Below, one piece after another: positions 54,677 through 64,000 of a DNA stretch of 64,000 bases; the stretch's first letter is position 1, and every line of letters begins with the position of its first letter. This DNA comes from Bacilli bacterium (GTDB lineage Bacteria; Bacillota_I; Bacilli_A; RFN20; CAG-826). Made by a program: the position numbers and the translations under genes. The notes under the pieces were generated by a model, which worked only from the letters and a program-made list of their open reading frames with translations, made no database searches and was not told where the DNA came from. The stretch spans positions 1,791 through 65,790 of the forward strand of contig JAFVCC010000114.1 of the NCBI GenBank assembly GCA_017479485.1. Direction: 5' to 3'.

Positions 54677-56535
54677 TGTTTCGCTTATTCCGTTTCCTAA
54701 AAAAGATTTGGTGGCTCATTCTGATTGCCATGGTCTGTATTGGCACGGAATGTTATCTCGGCATCTCTTTGCCAAATTTAATGTCGCGCGTCGCGGCAAT
54801 AATGCAAAATCCGACAGGGTATTTTGAGGCATGGACAGGGCTCGTGCCTCTTTTTGGTTTCGAGCTCATCACGCCGACGCAGAACCACATGACCGACACC
54901 TGGATCATCGGCGGAGTCATGATGGGCTTTGCCTGCGCGGCGATGCTCATTGCATTTGGGGCATCGGTCGCCGTCAGCTATATCGGCGCGCATTTTGGCC
55001 GCGAAGTACGTCACGCCGTATACGAAAAGGCCTCCCGCCTCTCGGTCGAACAATATCGCTGGTTCGGCACCGCCTCGTTAATCACCCGCACGACTAACGA
55101 CATCGAGCAGTGCCAAAACATGGTGCAGCAAAGCCTACGCACCATGGTCCGCGCTCCGGTAACCTTAATCCTTTCCATTGTCATGATTTTGACAAAAGAT
55201 ACGCGAATTGCAGCGATTTTAGCCTTTTCTATTCCCGTTATCATCCTTGTCATCGTCATCTTATTCCTTAAAGCGATGCCTTTATTCGCCAAGATGCAAA
55301 CCTTGTTCGATAAGGTGACTATGGTACTGCGCGAATCCCTCACTGGTGTCCGCGTCATCCGCGCCTTCAACCAGGAAAAGAAGGAGGAGGCCCGCTTCAA
55401 CAAAGTCTCTGAAGAGACGCAGAGAACCGTCGTTAAGTTCGCCCGCATGATGGCCTTTGGTGAACCCGTCATCAACATCACGTTCAACTTGACCTACATT
55501 GGCATCTATTTCTTCGCCTACAAGATGTATGACGGTCAAACTTGGAACTCCGTCCTCATCAATTTCCCCAACATCCTCGCCTCGGCAGAATACGCGATGG
55601 AAATCATGTTCTCGTTCATGATGTTCTCCTTCATCCTCATCATGTGGCCCAGGGCGAGCGTCTGCGCCAAACGTATCAATGCCGTCCTTAACGAGCCCTT
55701 AAAGATTCCTGAGCCTGAGAACCCAGTTGAAGCTACCCGCGGCGACGGATCGATTGAATTCCGCAACGTCACGTTCCAGTTCCCCGACGCGGAAGCCCCT
55801 TCCTTAAACAACATTTCTTTCCGCGTCAAACCGGGCGAAACCACCGCGATCATTGGTTCTACCGGATCTGGGAAGAGTTCCATCATCAATCTCATTCCGC
55901 GTTTATATGACGTCACCGAGGGCGAAATCCTGATCGATGGCATCGACGTCCGTAAATATCGGACCCACGATCTCCGCGGCAAAATTGGCTTTGTTCCGCA
56001 GCAAGCTCTCTTATTCAAGGGCACCATTCGTTCCAACATGCTCTTTGGCGCGCCCGACGCGACCGAAGAAGAAATCAACGAAGCTCTTTCCGTCGCTCAG
56101 GCATCCAAGTTCGTCGCTTCGAAAGAAAACGGCATCGATAGCGAAGTAGAGCAGGGTGGAAAGAATTTCTCCGGCGGGCAAAAGCAGCGCCTTTGCATCG
56201 CCCGCGCCTTGGTCCGCAAAGCGGAAATTTATGTGTTCGACGATTCCTTCAGTGCCCTCGATTTCCGCACCGATACCAAGCTCCGTCACGCCTTAAAGAA
56301 TTATATCAAAGATGCTTCCATCATCATTGTTGCCCAGCGCGTCTCGACCATCCTTGACGCGGACAATATCATCGTCATGAACGAAGGGCGCGTCGTTGGA
56401 CAAGGTAAGCACGCCGAGCTCATGAAGAGCTGTCCCGTATATCAGGAAATCGTCGGCTCGCAGCTTGACGCCGATGAAATCCAGAAGACCTTGAAGCTTT
56501 CGAAAGAGATCATCACGGAAGGAGGTGCTGCCTAA
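54676..56535 (+). CDS. ABC transporter permease/ATP-binding protein (exporter type)
   Basis: TMD plus NBD (GSTGSGKSS, FSGGQKQRLCIARA, YVFDDSFSALD). TAATG junction with tetR. Confidence 0.88.
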   Translation: MFRLFRFLKKIWWLILIAMVCIGTECYLGISLPNLMSRVAAIMQNPTGYFEAWTGLVPLFGFELITPTQNHMTDTWIIGGVMMGFACAAMLIAFGASVAVSYIGAHFGREVRHAVYEKASRLSVEQYRWFGTASLITRTTNDIEQCQNMVQQSLRTMVRAPVTLILSIVMILTKDTRIAAILAFSIPVIILVIVILFLKAMPLFAKMQTLFDKVTMVLRESLTGVRVIRAFNQEKKEEARFNKVSEETQRTVVKFARMMAFGEPVINITFNLTYIGIYFFAYKMYDGQTWNSVLINFPNILASAEYAMEIMFSFMMFSFILIMWPRASVCAKRINAVLNEPLKIPEPENPVEATRGDGSIEFRNVTFQFPDAEAPSLNNISFRVKPGETTAIIGSTGSGKSSIINLIPRLYDVTEGEILIDGIDVRKYRTHDLRGKIGFVPQQALLFKGTIRSNMLFGAPDATEEEINEALSVAQASKFVASKENGIDSEVEQGGKNFSGGQKQRLCIARALVRKAEIYVFDDSFSALDFRTDTKLRHALKNYIKDASIIIVAQRVSTILDADNIIVMNEGRVVGQGKHAELMKSCPVYQEIVGSQLDADEIQKTLKLSKEIITEGGAA

Positions 56536-58367
56536 TGGCACGCCGCATCGAGGTCGCGAAGCCCAAGAACATGAAGGGCACGTTCCTTCGTCTTTTTGGC
56601 GACTTCAAACCCCAGCGGGTCTCCCTCATCTTCGTCTTTGCGTTCTGCTTGATCAGCGCCCTCGTCAGCGTCATCACGCCCATTTTACTCGGCTCGGCCC
56701 TCAACGATTTACCGCGGCTATTCTCCATCACCAATGTTGAAGATAAAACCGCATTGACCCAGGTTGACTGGGGATATGTCTACCGCTCCTTTGGCGCCTT
56801 ATTGGCCTTATATGTGCTCTCTGCCCTATGCAACTGGTCGTCCACGTGGATCGTTGAGAAAGTCGTCGCCGTATGGGTTTATCAGCAGCGTGGCAAATTA
56901 AAAGCCAAGCTCGACCGTCTGCCCCTATCCTATTTCGACGCGAACCAGACGGGCGATATCCTCGCGCGCTGCACCAACGACCTCGATAACGTCGGGCGCA
57001 ATTTCTCCTCCGTTTATAAGTCGTTATGCTCTGGCGTGGTCGTCATGGTCGGCGGCATCATTGCCATGTTCGTCGTCAATTGGGTGTTGAGTTTGGTCGT
57101 TTTGTCCACCTTCCCCTTCACCTTGGTCGTCGTCATTTTGATCGCAAAGCGTTCCAGAAAGCAGTTCAAAATCTACCGCAAGCACTATGGCGAACTCGAA
57201 TCGCATATCGAGGAAGACTATTCCGGTCAGAAAATCCTCAAGCTTTTCGGCCAGGAAGAGCGTAGTCTGGAAACCTTCGACCGCGTCAATGAAGTCATGA
57301 CCGAGGCCGACCGCAAGTCCCAGTGGATTTCGGGCTTCATCTTCCCGACCATGCGCTTCGTCTATAACTTCGGCTTCGTCGCCGTATCCGTGGTCGCCGG
57401 GCTCATCGACGGGTCTAATTTTGGCGACCTTGTAGCCTTCATCATGTTCCTTAACCTCTTGCAGCAGCCGTTCCAGCAGCTAGGTCAACTCGCCGCGATC
57501 ATCCAATCCATGATGGCCGCCGCCGAGCGTTCCTATATGCTTCTTGACACCGAAGAACAGGAGCCAGACCCCGAGGATGCGATCTCCGATGGCAGCAGCA
57601 TCTGCGGCAAAGTCGACTTCAACCACGTCTATTTCTCCTATACCCCCGAGAAATCGCTCATCGAGGATATGAACATCCATGTCGAACCGGGTGAAATGGT
57701 CGCCCTCGTTGGTCCTACCGGCGCGGGAAAAACGACCATCGTCAATCTCTTAATGCGCTTCTATGAAATCCAGCAGGGCGAAATCCTGCTCGATGGGAAG
57801 AACATCCGCGACTATCGCCGCGCGACGCTCCGTCGCAGCATCGGCATGGTTTTGCAAGACGCCTGGCTCTTCACCGGCTCCATCATGGAGAATATCCGTT
57901 ATGGCAACCCCGAGGCGACCGATGAGGAGGTCATCGCCGCAGCAAAAACCGCCCATGCGCACCATTTCATCAAGGCTCTCCCGGGCGGCTATGATTTCGA
58001 ACTCAGCGAAGATGCCTCGAACATCTCGCAAGGGCAAAGGCAGTTACTCACCATCGCCCGCGCCATCGTCTCTAAGCCCAAGATCATGATTCTCGACGAA
58101 GCAACTTCAAGCGTCGATACCCGCACCGAGAAAGCCATTCAGGACGCGATGGAGACCGTGATGGAGGGGCGCACCTCCTTCGTCATCGCCCACCGTCTCT
58201 CGACGATCAAAAACGCGAAGGTGATCCTTGTTATGAACAAAGGCAAGCTCATCGAGATGGGTACGCACGAGGAATTACTTGCGAAAGGCGGTTTCTATGC
58301 CGACTTATATAACGCACAGTTCCTCGGGAACAACCCCATGGGAAAAAACCCCGAAATTCATTCCTAA
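56535..58367 (+). CDS. ABC transporter permease/ATP-binding protein (exporter type, partner)
   Basis: TMD plus NBD (GPTGAGKTT, ISQGQRQLLTIARA, MILDEATSSVD). Confidence 0.88.
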   Translation: MARRIEVAKPKNMKGTFLRLFGDFKPQRVSLIFVFAFCLISALVSVITPILLGSALNDLPRLFSITNVEDKTALTQVDWGYVYRSFGALLALYVLSALCNWSSTWIVEKVVAVWVYQQRGKLKAKLDRLPLSYFDANQTGDILARCTNDLDNVGRNFSSVYKSLCSGVVVMVGGIIAMFVVNWVLSLVVLSTFPFTLVVVILIAKRSRKQFKIYRKHYGELESHIEEDYSGQKILKLFGQEERSLETFDRVNEVMTEADRKSQWISGFIFPTMRFVYNFGFVAVSVVAGLIDGSNFGDLVAFIMFLNLLQQPFQQLGQLAAIIQSMMAAAERSYMLLDTEEQEPDPEDAISDGSSICGKVDFNHVYFSYTPEKSLIEDMNIHVEPGEMVALVGPTGAGKTTIVNLLMRFYEIQQGEILLDGKNIRDYRRATLRRSIGMVLQDAWLFTGSIMENIRYGNPEATDEEVIAAAKTAHAHHFIKALPGGYDFELSEDASNISQGQRQLLTIARAIVSKPKIMILDEATSSVDTRTEKAIQDAMETVMEGRTSFVIAHRLSTIKNAKVILVMNKGKLIEMGTHEELLAKGGFYADLYNAQFLGNNPMGKNPEIHS

Positions 58368-58379
58368 TTAGAAAAACGT

Positions 58380-58408
58380 AAAACAGGGTGCAAATCCGCC
58401 CTGTTTTT
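58380..58408. terminator. Bidirectional intrinsic terminator between the convergent ABC and FGGY genes
   Basis: AAAACAGGG-(loop)-CCCTGTTTTT, with an A-tract on one side and a T-tract on the other. Confidence 0.7.
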
Positions 58409-58453
58409 CTTTATTCCGCGCAAATCGCGCCTGAAATTTTGAAAATTTAACGT

Positions 58454-60007
58454 CTATTTTGCAGTGAACCGGTAAAGATAACGGTATGTTTTCTTTAGAC
58501 TTGGATAGAGCGTTTTGTAGGCATTCTCATAAAGGGCATCATAGATTTTCGTGTTTTTTTCGTTCGGTAAGAACGTCTTGGTAACGCGCACCATATGGTC
58601 CGTCGCCTCTTTTGCTGAAGAGTACACGCCAAGAGATAGGAACCCGCCGATTGCCGCGCCAAGGGAGGAAGTTTCTACGGTCTGGAGACGCTCGACCTTT
58701 AGGCCGAATAGATCAGCATAAAGCTGGCACACTTTGTCCGAGCGAGCGCCGCCGCCTGAGATACGCAAGGCCGTGAACTTGCGGCCAAGGCGCTTTTCGA
58801 AGTTTTCTTTTGCGAAGCGCAGCTCATATCCGATACCTTCGATGATGGCTTTATAGACGTGTGCTCGGGTAGTGTAATCGGAGAAACCGATGATCGCGCC
58901 CTTAACCTCAGGATGCTCAAGCGGAGATCCCCAATAGGGCTGGACGAGCAAGCCGTCCGACCCAGGAGCGATGTCCTCCATCTTGGAATCGAGCTGCTCG
59001 GCCGTTAGGTCCGCGGTGACTAGATCATCGATTTGGGCAGCTCCGAATTCCTTCAGGAACCAATTGACCATCCAGAAGCCACGATAAATCTGTACGTCCA
59101 TGTTGTAGACGCCTTTTTGGATGGAGGGATAGGCGGGTAGAAGCGGTTGCGGGCCAATATAACGCTCCGTCACGGTTTCGACGGTGCACGCGGTGCCCAA
59201 AGAGATCGAGGCGAGACTATTATCGACGACGCCTGAGCCGAGCGTTTCGCAAGACTTATCACTGCCCCCCGCGAATAAAGGGATTCCCTCGGGGATGCCG
59301 CTTAAAGCAGCACATTCTTTTGAAATGTAGCCAAGAATGCCCTGGGTATCGACGAGCTCAGGAAGCTGATCGCGGCGAAGGGAGAAAATCTGGCCCTGCA
59401 AATGAGTCTCGGGCTTTTGGTACCATTGCCTCTTTTTGTAATCGAGCGGGTAGTGGCCCGTGAAGTCGGAAGGAGAGTCTTTTAGGGCACCCGTGAGTCG
59501 AAAAACGAAATAAGTGGATACGGAAACGTACTTATCGATCTTGGCGAAATTTTCAGGTTCGTTCTCCTTGATCCAGTTGGCCATCGTGCGTTGACGGTTG
59601 AGCCCAATGACGTCGGATTTCCCAGCGAGGGCAAAGATGGCGCGGGAAAGAAGCGGCAAAGGCTTCTTGCACTCCGCCATACGGGAATCGAGCCAAAGAA
59701 TCATTGGACGGATGACGTTGCGGTCTTTATCGAGGCAGACCGCGGAGTCACGGAAGCAATCGAGTTCGATGCCCGCGACGCGAGGCAATAAATCGGGATG
59801 CTTTTCTGCAATTGCCTTCGTGCAGGCGCAAAGGCAATCAAAATAATAGGCGGGATCCATCTCCGCATATCCGGGTTTTGGCGAGTGGTATGCCGGCTCG
59901 TATTTCCGGGACTCCATAGCAAGACACTCGCCTTGAGAATCGAAGATGCAGGCGCGGACGGATTGTGTGCCAAAATCAAACGTCATGACTAGGGGATGCT
60001 CAACCAT
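58454..60007 (-). CDS. FGGY-family carbohydrate kinase (517 aa)
   Basis: MTFDFGTQSVRACIFD is an N-terminal FGGY motif, followed by a second actin-like domain. The true start is ATG 60007, behind GAGG. The track ORF (to 60382) runs through the divergent promoter into the neighbouring gene. Confidence 0.8.
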   Translation of the reverse strand: MVEHPLVMTFDFGTQSVRACIFDSQGECLAMESRKYEPAYHSPKPGYAEMDPAYYFDCLCACTKAIAEKHPDLLPRVAGIELDCFRDSAVCLDKDRNVIRPMILWLDSRMAECKKPLPLLSRAIFALAGKSDVIGLNRQRTMANWIKENEPENFAKIDKYVSVSTYFVFRLTGALKDSPSDFTGHYPLDYKKRQWYQKPETHLQGQIFSLRRDQLPELVDTQGILGYISKECAALSGIPEGIPLFAGGSDKSCETLGSGVVDNSLASISLGTACTVETVTERYIGPQPLLPAYPSIQKGVYNMDVQIYRGFWMVNWFLKEFGAAQIDDLVTADLTAEQLDSKMEDIAPGSDGLLVQPYWGSPLEHPEVKGAIIGFSDYTTRAHVYKAIIEGIGYELRFAKENFEKRLGRKFTALRISGGGARSDKVCQLYADLFGLKVERLQTVETSSLGAAIGGFLSLGVYSSAKEATDHMVRVTKTFLPNEKNTKIYDALYENAYKTLYPSLKKTYRYLYRFTAK

Positions 60008-60200
60008 AGGAATAACCTCAAAAATATTGTAGCACCTAACTTTCTTACGAGTAGGCGCGTTTACGAAACGCGAAAAACCGGTTTTTGAATCAAAATACGC
60101 CCGTTTTGCATAGTAAAAATGATTTTTTGCGGAGTTTTTCCGATTTTTCATCGCGCGATAACCTTCTAGAAATGACGGAAATTGAGAGGATAATAAACCT

Positions 60201-61463
60201 ATGATTGCATTGATCCAAGTTCGCTCGGAAACCTCGAGCACTGAGCTTATCGCCGGTAAGCCACTTTTGATATGGCAGGTCGAATCCCTCGTCGCCTCGG
60301 GGGTAGCCAAGATTATCGTCGCCTTTCCTAGGGGCAGGGAAGACGTGAAAGCCTGCCTTGGCGATGGCAGCGCGTTCCACACCTCGATTTCCTATATTGA
60401 GGAAAGCAGGCCCGTCGGCACCGGCGGCGTCATGTACTACGCCGCGAAGTTCATCAAAGAAGACTTCCTTTATTTATATGATGACCTCGTCCTCGACATC
60501 GATTTTGAGCGGCTATTGAAGTTCCATAAGAAGCATCACGCGATCATCACCGCCTATGCCTCCCCCGTCTCAAACGCCCTCGAAGAAGATATGCTCGTCG
60601 TGGATTCCTTAGACCGCGTCATCAACGTTCTGGAAAAGAGCTCCCCGCGCGAAATCTTTTATGAGAATCTCGCCTGCAAGGGCGTGTACGCCATCTCGCG
60701 ATACCTGCTCGACACTTTCGATGGGTTAACCGCTCCAATGAAGATCGACTTTGAGCAGGAACTCTTCCTTCCCACGGCTATCGCGGAAGGCGCCTATGCT
60801 TATCGCGGCGCAGAATACATACAAAACGTTGCGAAGGAAAAAGCGAAAGAAGACCTCGCCTCGGGCCTTGTAGCCTCACGGAACGTTCGCCGCAAGCAAA
60901 AAGCCATATTCCTCGACCGCGATGGCGTGCTCAACGTCTTTGGCGACTATGTCGTCCACCCCGATATGCTGAAGCTCAAAGAAGATGCCGCTTCAGCACT
61001 TAGACGTATCAATGAATCCGGCTATTTGGCCATTTGCATCACCAACCAGCCCATCGTGGCCCGCGGCAAAGTCAGCGAGTCCGTTTTGCACGAAATCCAC
61101 TGGAAGCTTCAAGATACGCTCGGCGAGCAGGGCGCTTATCTCGATGACCTCTTTTATTGCCCTCATTTCCCCGAGAAAGGAGAAGAGGGAGAAGTCGCCG
61201 AGCTCAAGATTGACTGCGATTGCCGCAAACCCAAAATCGGCATGCTTTTAGCCGCCGCGAAGAAATACAACATCGATTTATCCTCATCGTGGTTTGTCGG
61301 GGATACCTGCCAAGACGTACAAACCGGAATTAACGCCAACTGTCGCACCGTCATGCTCACCTCAGGCGACCCAAACCCAGCAAAGAAATATCCCGACGCT
61401 AAGGCCGATTTAATCTGCGAAGGCCTGGAAGAAGCAGTGGAGTATATTCTGTCCAACTCCTGA
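60201..61463 (+). CDS. Fusion protein: sugar-phosphate nucleotidyltransferase-like domain at the N terminus plus a GmhB-type HAD-IIIA phosphatase (D,D-heptose-1,7-bisphosphate phosphatase-like) at the C terminus
   Basis: The N-terminal ~225 aa contain IEESRPVGTGG and a DDLVLDIDF-type nucleotidyltransferase core. The C-terminal ~185 aa have FLDRDGVLN, CITNQP, CPHFP...CDCRKPKIGM and FVGDTCQDVQTG, which are GmhB signatures including the Cys/His zinc loop. Confidence 0.7.
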   Translation: MIALIQVRSETSSTELIAGKPLLIWQVESLVASGVAKIIVAFPRGREDVKACLGDGSAFHTSISYIEESRPVGTGGVMYYAAKFIKEDFLYLYDDLVLDIDFERLLKFHKKHHAIITAYASPVSNALEEDMLVVDSLDRVINVLEKSSPREIFYENLACKGVYAISRYLLDTFDGLTAPMKIDFEQELFLPTAIAEGAYAYRGAEYIQNVAKEKAKEDLASGLVASRNVRRKQKAIFLDRDGVLNVFGDYVVHPDMLKLKEDAASALRRINESGYLAICITNQPIVARGKVSESVLHEIHWKLQDTLGEQGAYLDDLFYCPHFPEKGEEGEVAELKIDCDCRKPKIGMLLAAAKKYNIDLSSSWFVGDTCQDVQTGINANCRTVMLTSGDPNPAKKYPDAKADLICEGLEEAVEYILSNS

Positions 61464-61607
61464 TTCAATTTGTCTCATCGCAGTAGATTGTCCATTTTTG
61501 CTATACTTACCCAAAAGAAAGCGCTTTGCATCAATTCGTCCTACATCGGGAGATAAAGCGTACTATCATTAGCCGCCCGAGAGAAAACTCTCGCACAGGA
61601 GAAAACC

Positions 61608-62156
61608 ATGTCCAATATCCTTCACAAAGTTCCGGAAAGTCGCATTCAACCCGAAGACTTCCTCGCCTACATCGAGATTCCAGCGCATAGCAAAAACAAA
61701 TACGAATACGATGAAGAGTGCCACGCCCTCGTTCTTGACCGCATCCTCTTCACCGCGACTCACTACCCCCATAACTATGGATTCATCCCCAAGACCTGGG
61801 GCTTAGACGATGACCCACTTGACGTCATGATCGTCACCAGCGAGCCCGTCCTCCCCGCATCGCTCATCCGCTGCTCGCCCATCGGTGTGCTCGATATGGT
61901 CGATTCCGGCAAAGAAGACGAGAAAATCATCGCCGTTTGCAAGAACGACCCGGTCTATTCCGGATATGAAGATATCCACCAGCTTCCCAAGCACCTTTTC
62001 GAAGAAATCCGTCACTTCTTCACCGTCTATAAGCAGCTCGAGTTCGGCAAGCAGACCGAAATCGAAGGCTTCTCTGGACGCGAAGAGGCCATCAAGACCA
62101 TCAAACGGGCCAAGCTTCGTTACCACGATAAATTCCCCGAGGGAACAGAAAACTAA
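61608..62156 (+). CDS. ppa: Inorganic pyrophosphatase, family I
   Basis: 182 aa with YEYDEE, HNYGFIP and DDDPLDVMIV motifs. Confidence 0.92.
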   Translation: MSNILHKVPESRIQPEDFLAYIEIPAHSKNKYEYDEECHALVLDRILFTATHYPHNYGFIPKTWGLDDDPLDVMIVTSEPVLPASLIRCSPIGVLDMVDSGKEDEKIIAVCKNDPVYSGYEDIHQLPKHLFEEIRHFFTVYKQLEFGKQTEIEGFSGREEAIKTIKRAKLRYHDKFPEGTEN

Positions 62157-62162
62157 TTCACA

Positions 62163-62188
62163 AAGCGCGGCGACCCCGCGCTTTTTCG
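62163..62188 (+). terminator. Rho-independent terminator of ppa
   Basis: AAGCGCGG-cgacc-CCGCGCTT followed by TTT. Confidence 0.75.
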
Positions 62189-62378
62189 TTTCTTGTCCCA
62201 AGTGAAACGCCATTTCGCCCATCCATATAAGAGGGCAAAAGCAAAGAAAAGTCGCGTTGCTAAGCCATCTATCCCTCGCCGTCAGCCGTTACGTTTTTTT
62301 CTTATTCTAAGAATAAGCGGGGATATGGTAAAATCCTTGTGCTGGGCCTAACGAGCCCAATGCTATTAGGAGGAAACA

Positions 62379-64000
62379 ATGGCAGAAAAGAAGTACGTTT
62401 ATTCCTTCAAGGAAGCTCACGCTGCGAAACTGGGCAAAGACATCCTTGGCGGAAAGGGCTTCGGTCTTGCCGAGATGACCGCCGCTGGAGTTAACATCCC
62501 CGCCGGCTTCACCATCTCTACCGAAGCTTGCAACCTCTACTATGATTCCGGGAAGAAGATCCCCGAACATGTGTGGAATGACATCGTGGCTCACGTCCAC
62601 GAGATTGAAGCGGAGAACAATAAGTCCTTCGGTGGACTCAAAGATGGCGTCATGCCGTTACTCGTCTCCGTCCGTTCCGGCGCCAGGCAGTCCATGCCGG
62701 GCATGATGGATACCATCCTTAACCTTGGTCTCAACGACGTCGTCGTCGAGAAACTCGCCAAATTCGCGGGCAACGAGAGGTTTGCTTGGGACTCCTATCG
62801 CCGTTTCTGCTTGATGTTCACCAACATCGCCAAAGGCCATCCGAGAACCGAGATGGATGCGATGCTCGACGAACTCAAGGAAAGCCGTGGCTACAAACTT
62901 GACACGGAAGTCACTGTCGATGAGCTCAAAGACCTCGTCAAGAAGTACAAAGAGTACTACAAGAAGACCTTCAACGAAGAATTCCCGACCGATCCCTATG
63001 AACAGCTCCGCGAAGCTGTCGCCGCGGTCTTCCGCAGCTGGGACAACCCCCGCGCCAACGTCTATCGTCAGATGAATGGCATCCCCTACGAATGGGGCAC
63101 CGCCGTCAACGTCCAGTCGATGGTCTTCGGCAACATGGGCGAAGATTCCGGCACTGGCGTCGCCTTCTCTCGCGACCCCGGCACCGGCGAAAAGAAGATC
63201 TACGCCGAATTCCTTCCTAACGCCCAGGGCGAAGACGTCGTCGCTGGCGTTCGCACCCCGCTTCACATCGACGAGCTCGCTCGCCGCATGCCGGAAGTCT
63301 ACAAGGAATTCATGGCCACCATCGAGCGCATGGAGAACTACTTCCATGATATGCAGGATATGGAGTACACCATCGAAAAAGGCGTCCTCTACTTCCTCCA
63401 GGCCCGTAATGGCAAACGTACTGCCCGCGCCGCGCTTAAGATCGCCTGCGATCTCGTGGACGAAGGCTTAATCGACGAGAAGGAAGCCGTCCTCCGCGTC
63501 GAACCGAAGCAACTCAACGACTTGCTCCACCCGACCTTTGATGAGAAGGATCTCAAGGCCCACGACCCCGTCATCCATGGCCTCCCCGCTTCCCCGGGTG
63601 CTGGCACTGGCGCCATCGTCTTCACCGCTGAAGAATGCAAAGAATGGCATGATGCCGGCAAGAAGGTCGTCCTCGTCCGTGCCGAAACCTCTCCCGAGGA
63701 CATCATCGGCATGGTCAACTCCGAAGCCATCCTCACCGCTCGCGGTGGTATGACCTCCCACGCGGCTGTCGTCGCCCGTTCCATGGGCAAATGCTGCGTC
63801 GCTGGCGCTTCGGAAATCGTCGTTAACGAAGAAGAAAAGACCGTTAAGGTCGGCGATCGCGTCTTCCACGAAGGCGACGTCCTCTCCGTCAACGGTTCCA
63901 CTGGTCTCGTCTATGAAGGTGAAATCAAGATGGTCCCCGCGGACCTCGGTGGTGACTTCGGCCGCCTCATGGGCTGGGCCGACAAGTATCGCCGTCTCAA
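62379..64000 (+). CDS. ppdK: Pyruvate, phosphate dikinase, N-terminal ~540 aa. The gene continues past the right edge of the window.
   Basis: ATG 62379 sits behind TAGGAGG. The translation reads MAEKKYVYSFKEAHAAKLGKDILGGKGFGLAEMT... and includes the phospho-histidine segment GGMTSHAAVVARSMGKCCV. It is missing from the ORF track because it is truncated. Confidence 0.92.
   Translation, partial: MAEKKYVYSFKEAHAAKLGKDILGGKGFGLAEMTAAGVNIPAGFTISTEACNLYYDSGKKIPEHVWNDIVAHVHEIEAENNKSFGGLKDGVMPLLVSVRSGARQSMPGMMDTILNLGLNDVVVEKLAKFAGNERFAWDSYRRFCLMFTNIAKGHPRTEMDAMLDELKESRGYKLDTEVTVDELKDLVKKYKEYYKKTFNEEFPTDPYEQLREAVAAVFRSWDNPRANVYRQMNGIPYEWGTAVNVQSMVFGNMGEDSGTGVAFSRDPGTGEKKIYAEFLPNAQGEDVVAGVRTPLHIDELARRMPEVYKEFMATIERMENYFHDMQDMEYTIEKGVLYFLQARNGKRTARAALKIACDLVDEGLIDEKEAVLRVEPKQLNDLLHPTFDEKDLKAHDPVIHGLPASPGAGTGAIVFTAEECKEWHDAGKKVVLVRAETSPEDIIGMVNSEAILTARGGMTSHAAVVARSMGKCCVAGASEIVVNEEEKTVKVGDRVFHEGDVLSVNGSTGLVYEGEIKMVPADLGGDFGRLMGWADKYRRL

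Noticed and set aside
60008-60382. The N-terminal 125 codons of track ORF 58454..60382, treated as part of the FGGY kinase.
   Set aside because: The FGGY signature MTFDFGTQS follows the ATG at 60007, which has a GAGG RBS. The extension runs through the divergent intergenic region and into the start of the 60201 gene.

Overview
The window is a gene-dense, mostly housekeeping chromosomal segment with Bacillota-type synteny: secA-prfB, prfA-prmC-tsaC, dnaX-ybaB-recR-tmk-holB-yaaT-rsmI, pth-mfd-yabO-tilS-ftsH, and dusB...lysS. My hand counts put typical genes at roughly 55 percent GC. The standard genetic code applies, since RF2 is present and TGA is used as a stop. I support about 54 protein genes. 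Both edge genes are partial and missing from the ORF track: uvrB at the left and ppdK at the right. I found no rRNA, tRNA, CRISPR array, transposase or integrase.

Several ORF-track calls needed correction:
- prfB needs a programmed +1 frameshift to recover its first 25 codons.
- Two ORFs are over-extended at the N terminus: the GH2 gene starts at 28880 and the FGGY kinase at 60007.
- Several starts move to SD-supported or overlap-coupled codons: secA (GTG 6185), prmC (9975), tilS (47935), an ABC gene (39034), tetR (54065) and PII-like-2 (21457).

Regulatory elements visible in the sequence:
- two CIRCE operators on the hsp20 promoter
- a perfect CsoR-type palindrome in front of copA-copZ-csoR
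- candidate MarR and TetR operators
- several intrinsic terminators

Best candidates for something undescribed:
1. An internally duplicated DUF1538-type membrane protein translationally coupled to two divergent PII-like proteins (21116-23458), sitting in a chain of overlapping genes that runs into a 1125-aa YfhO-type protein.
2. A SecA whose C-terminal wing/scaffold module is present twice, separated by a Q/A/P-rich linker (3108-4290).
3. A roughly 1.5 kb AT-rich patch (42832-44352) between ftsH and dusB. It holds an orphan wHTH-like gene with a leaderless-type start, a small terminator-equipped ORF, and unexplained palindromes and direct repeats.

Secondary oddities are two gene fusions (TsaC-RpiB and nucleotidyltransferase-GmhB), a Q/N/P-rich tail on YaaT/RicT, and leaderless-type promoter/start geometry at dnaX and the GH2 operon. 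All family assignments come from motif recognition by eye; no database search was run.
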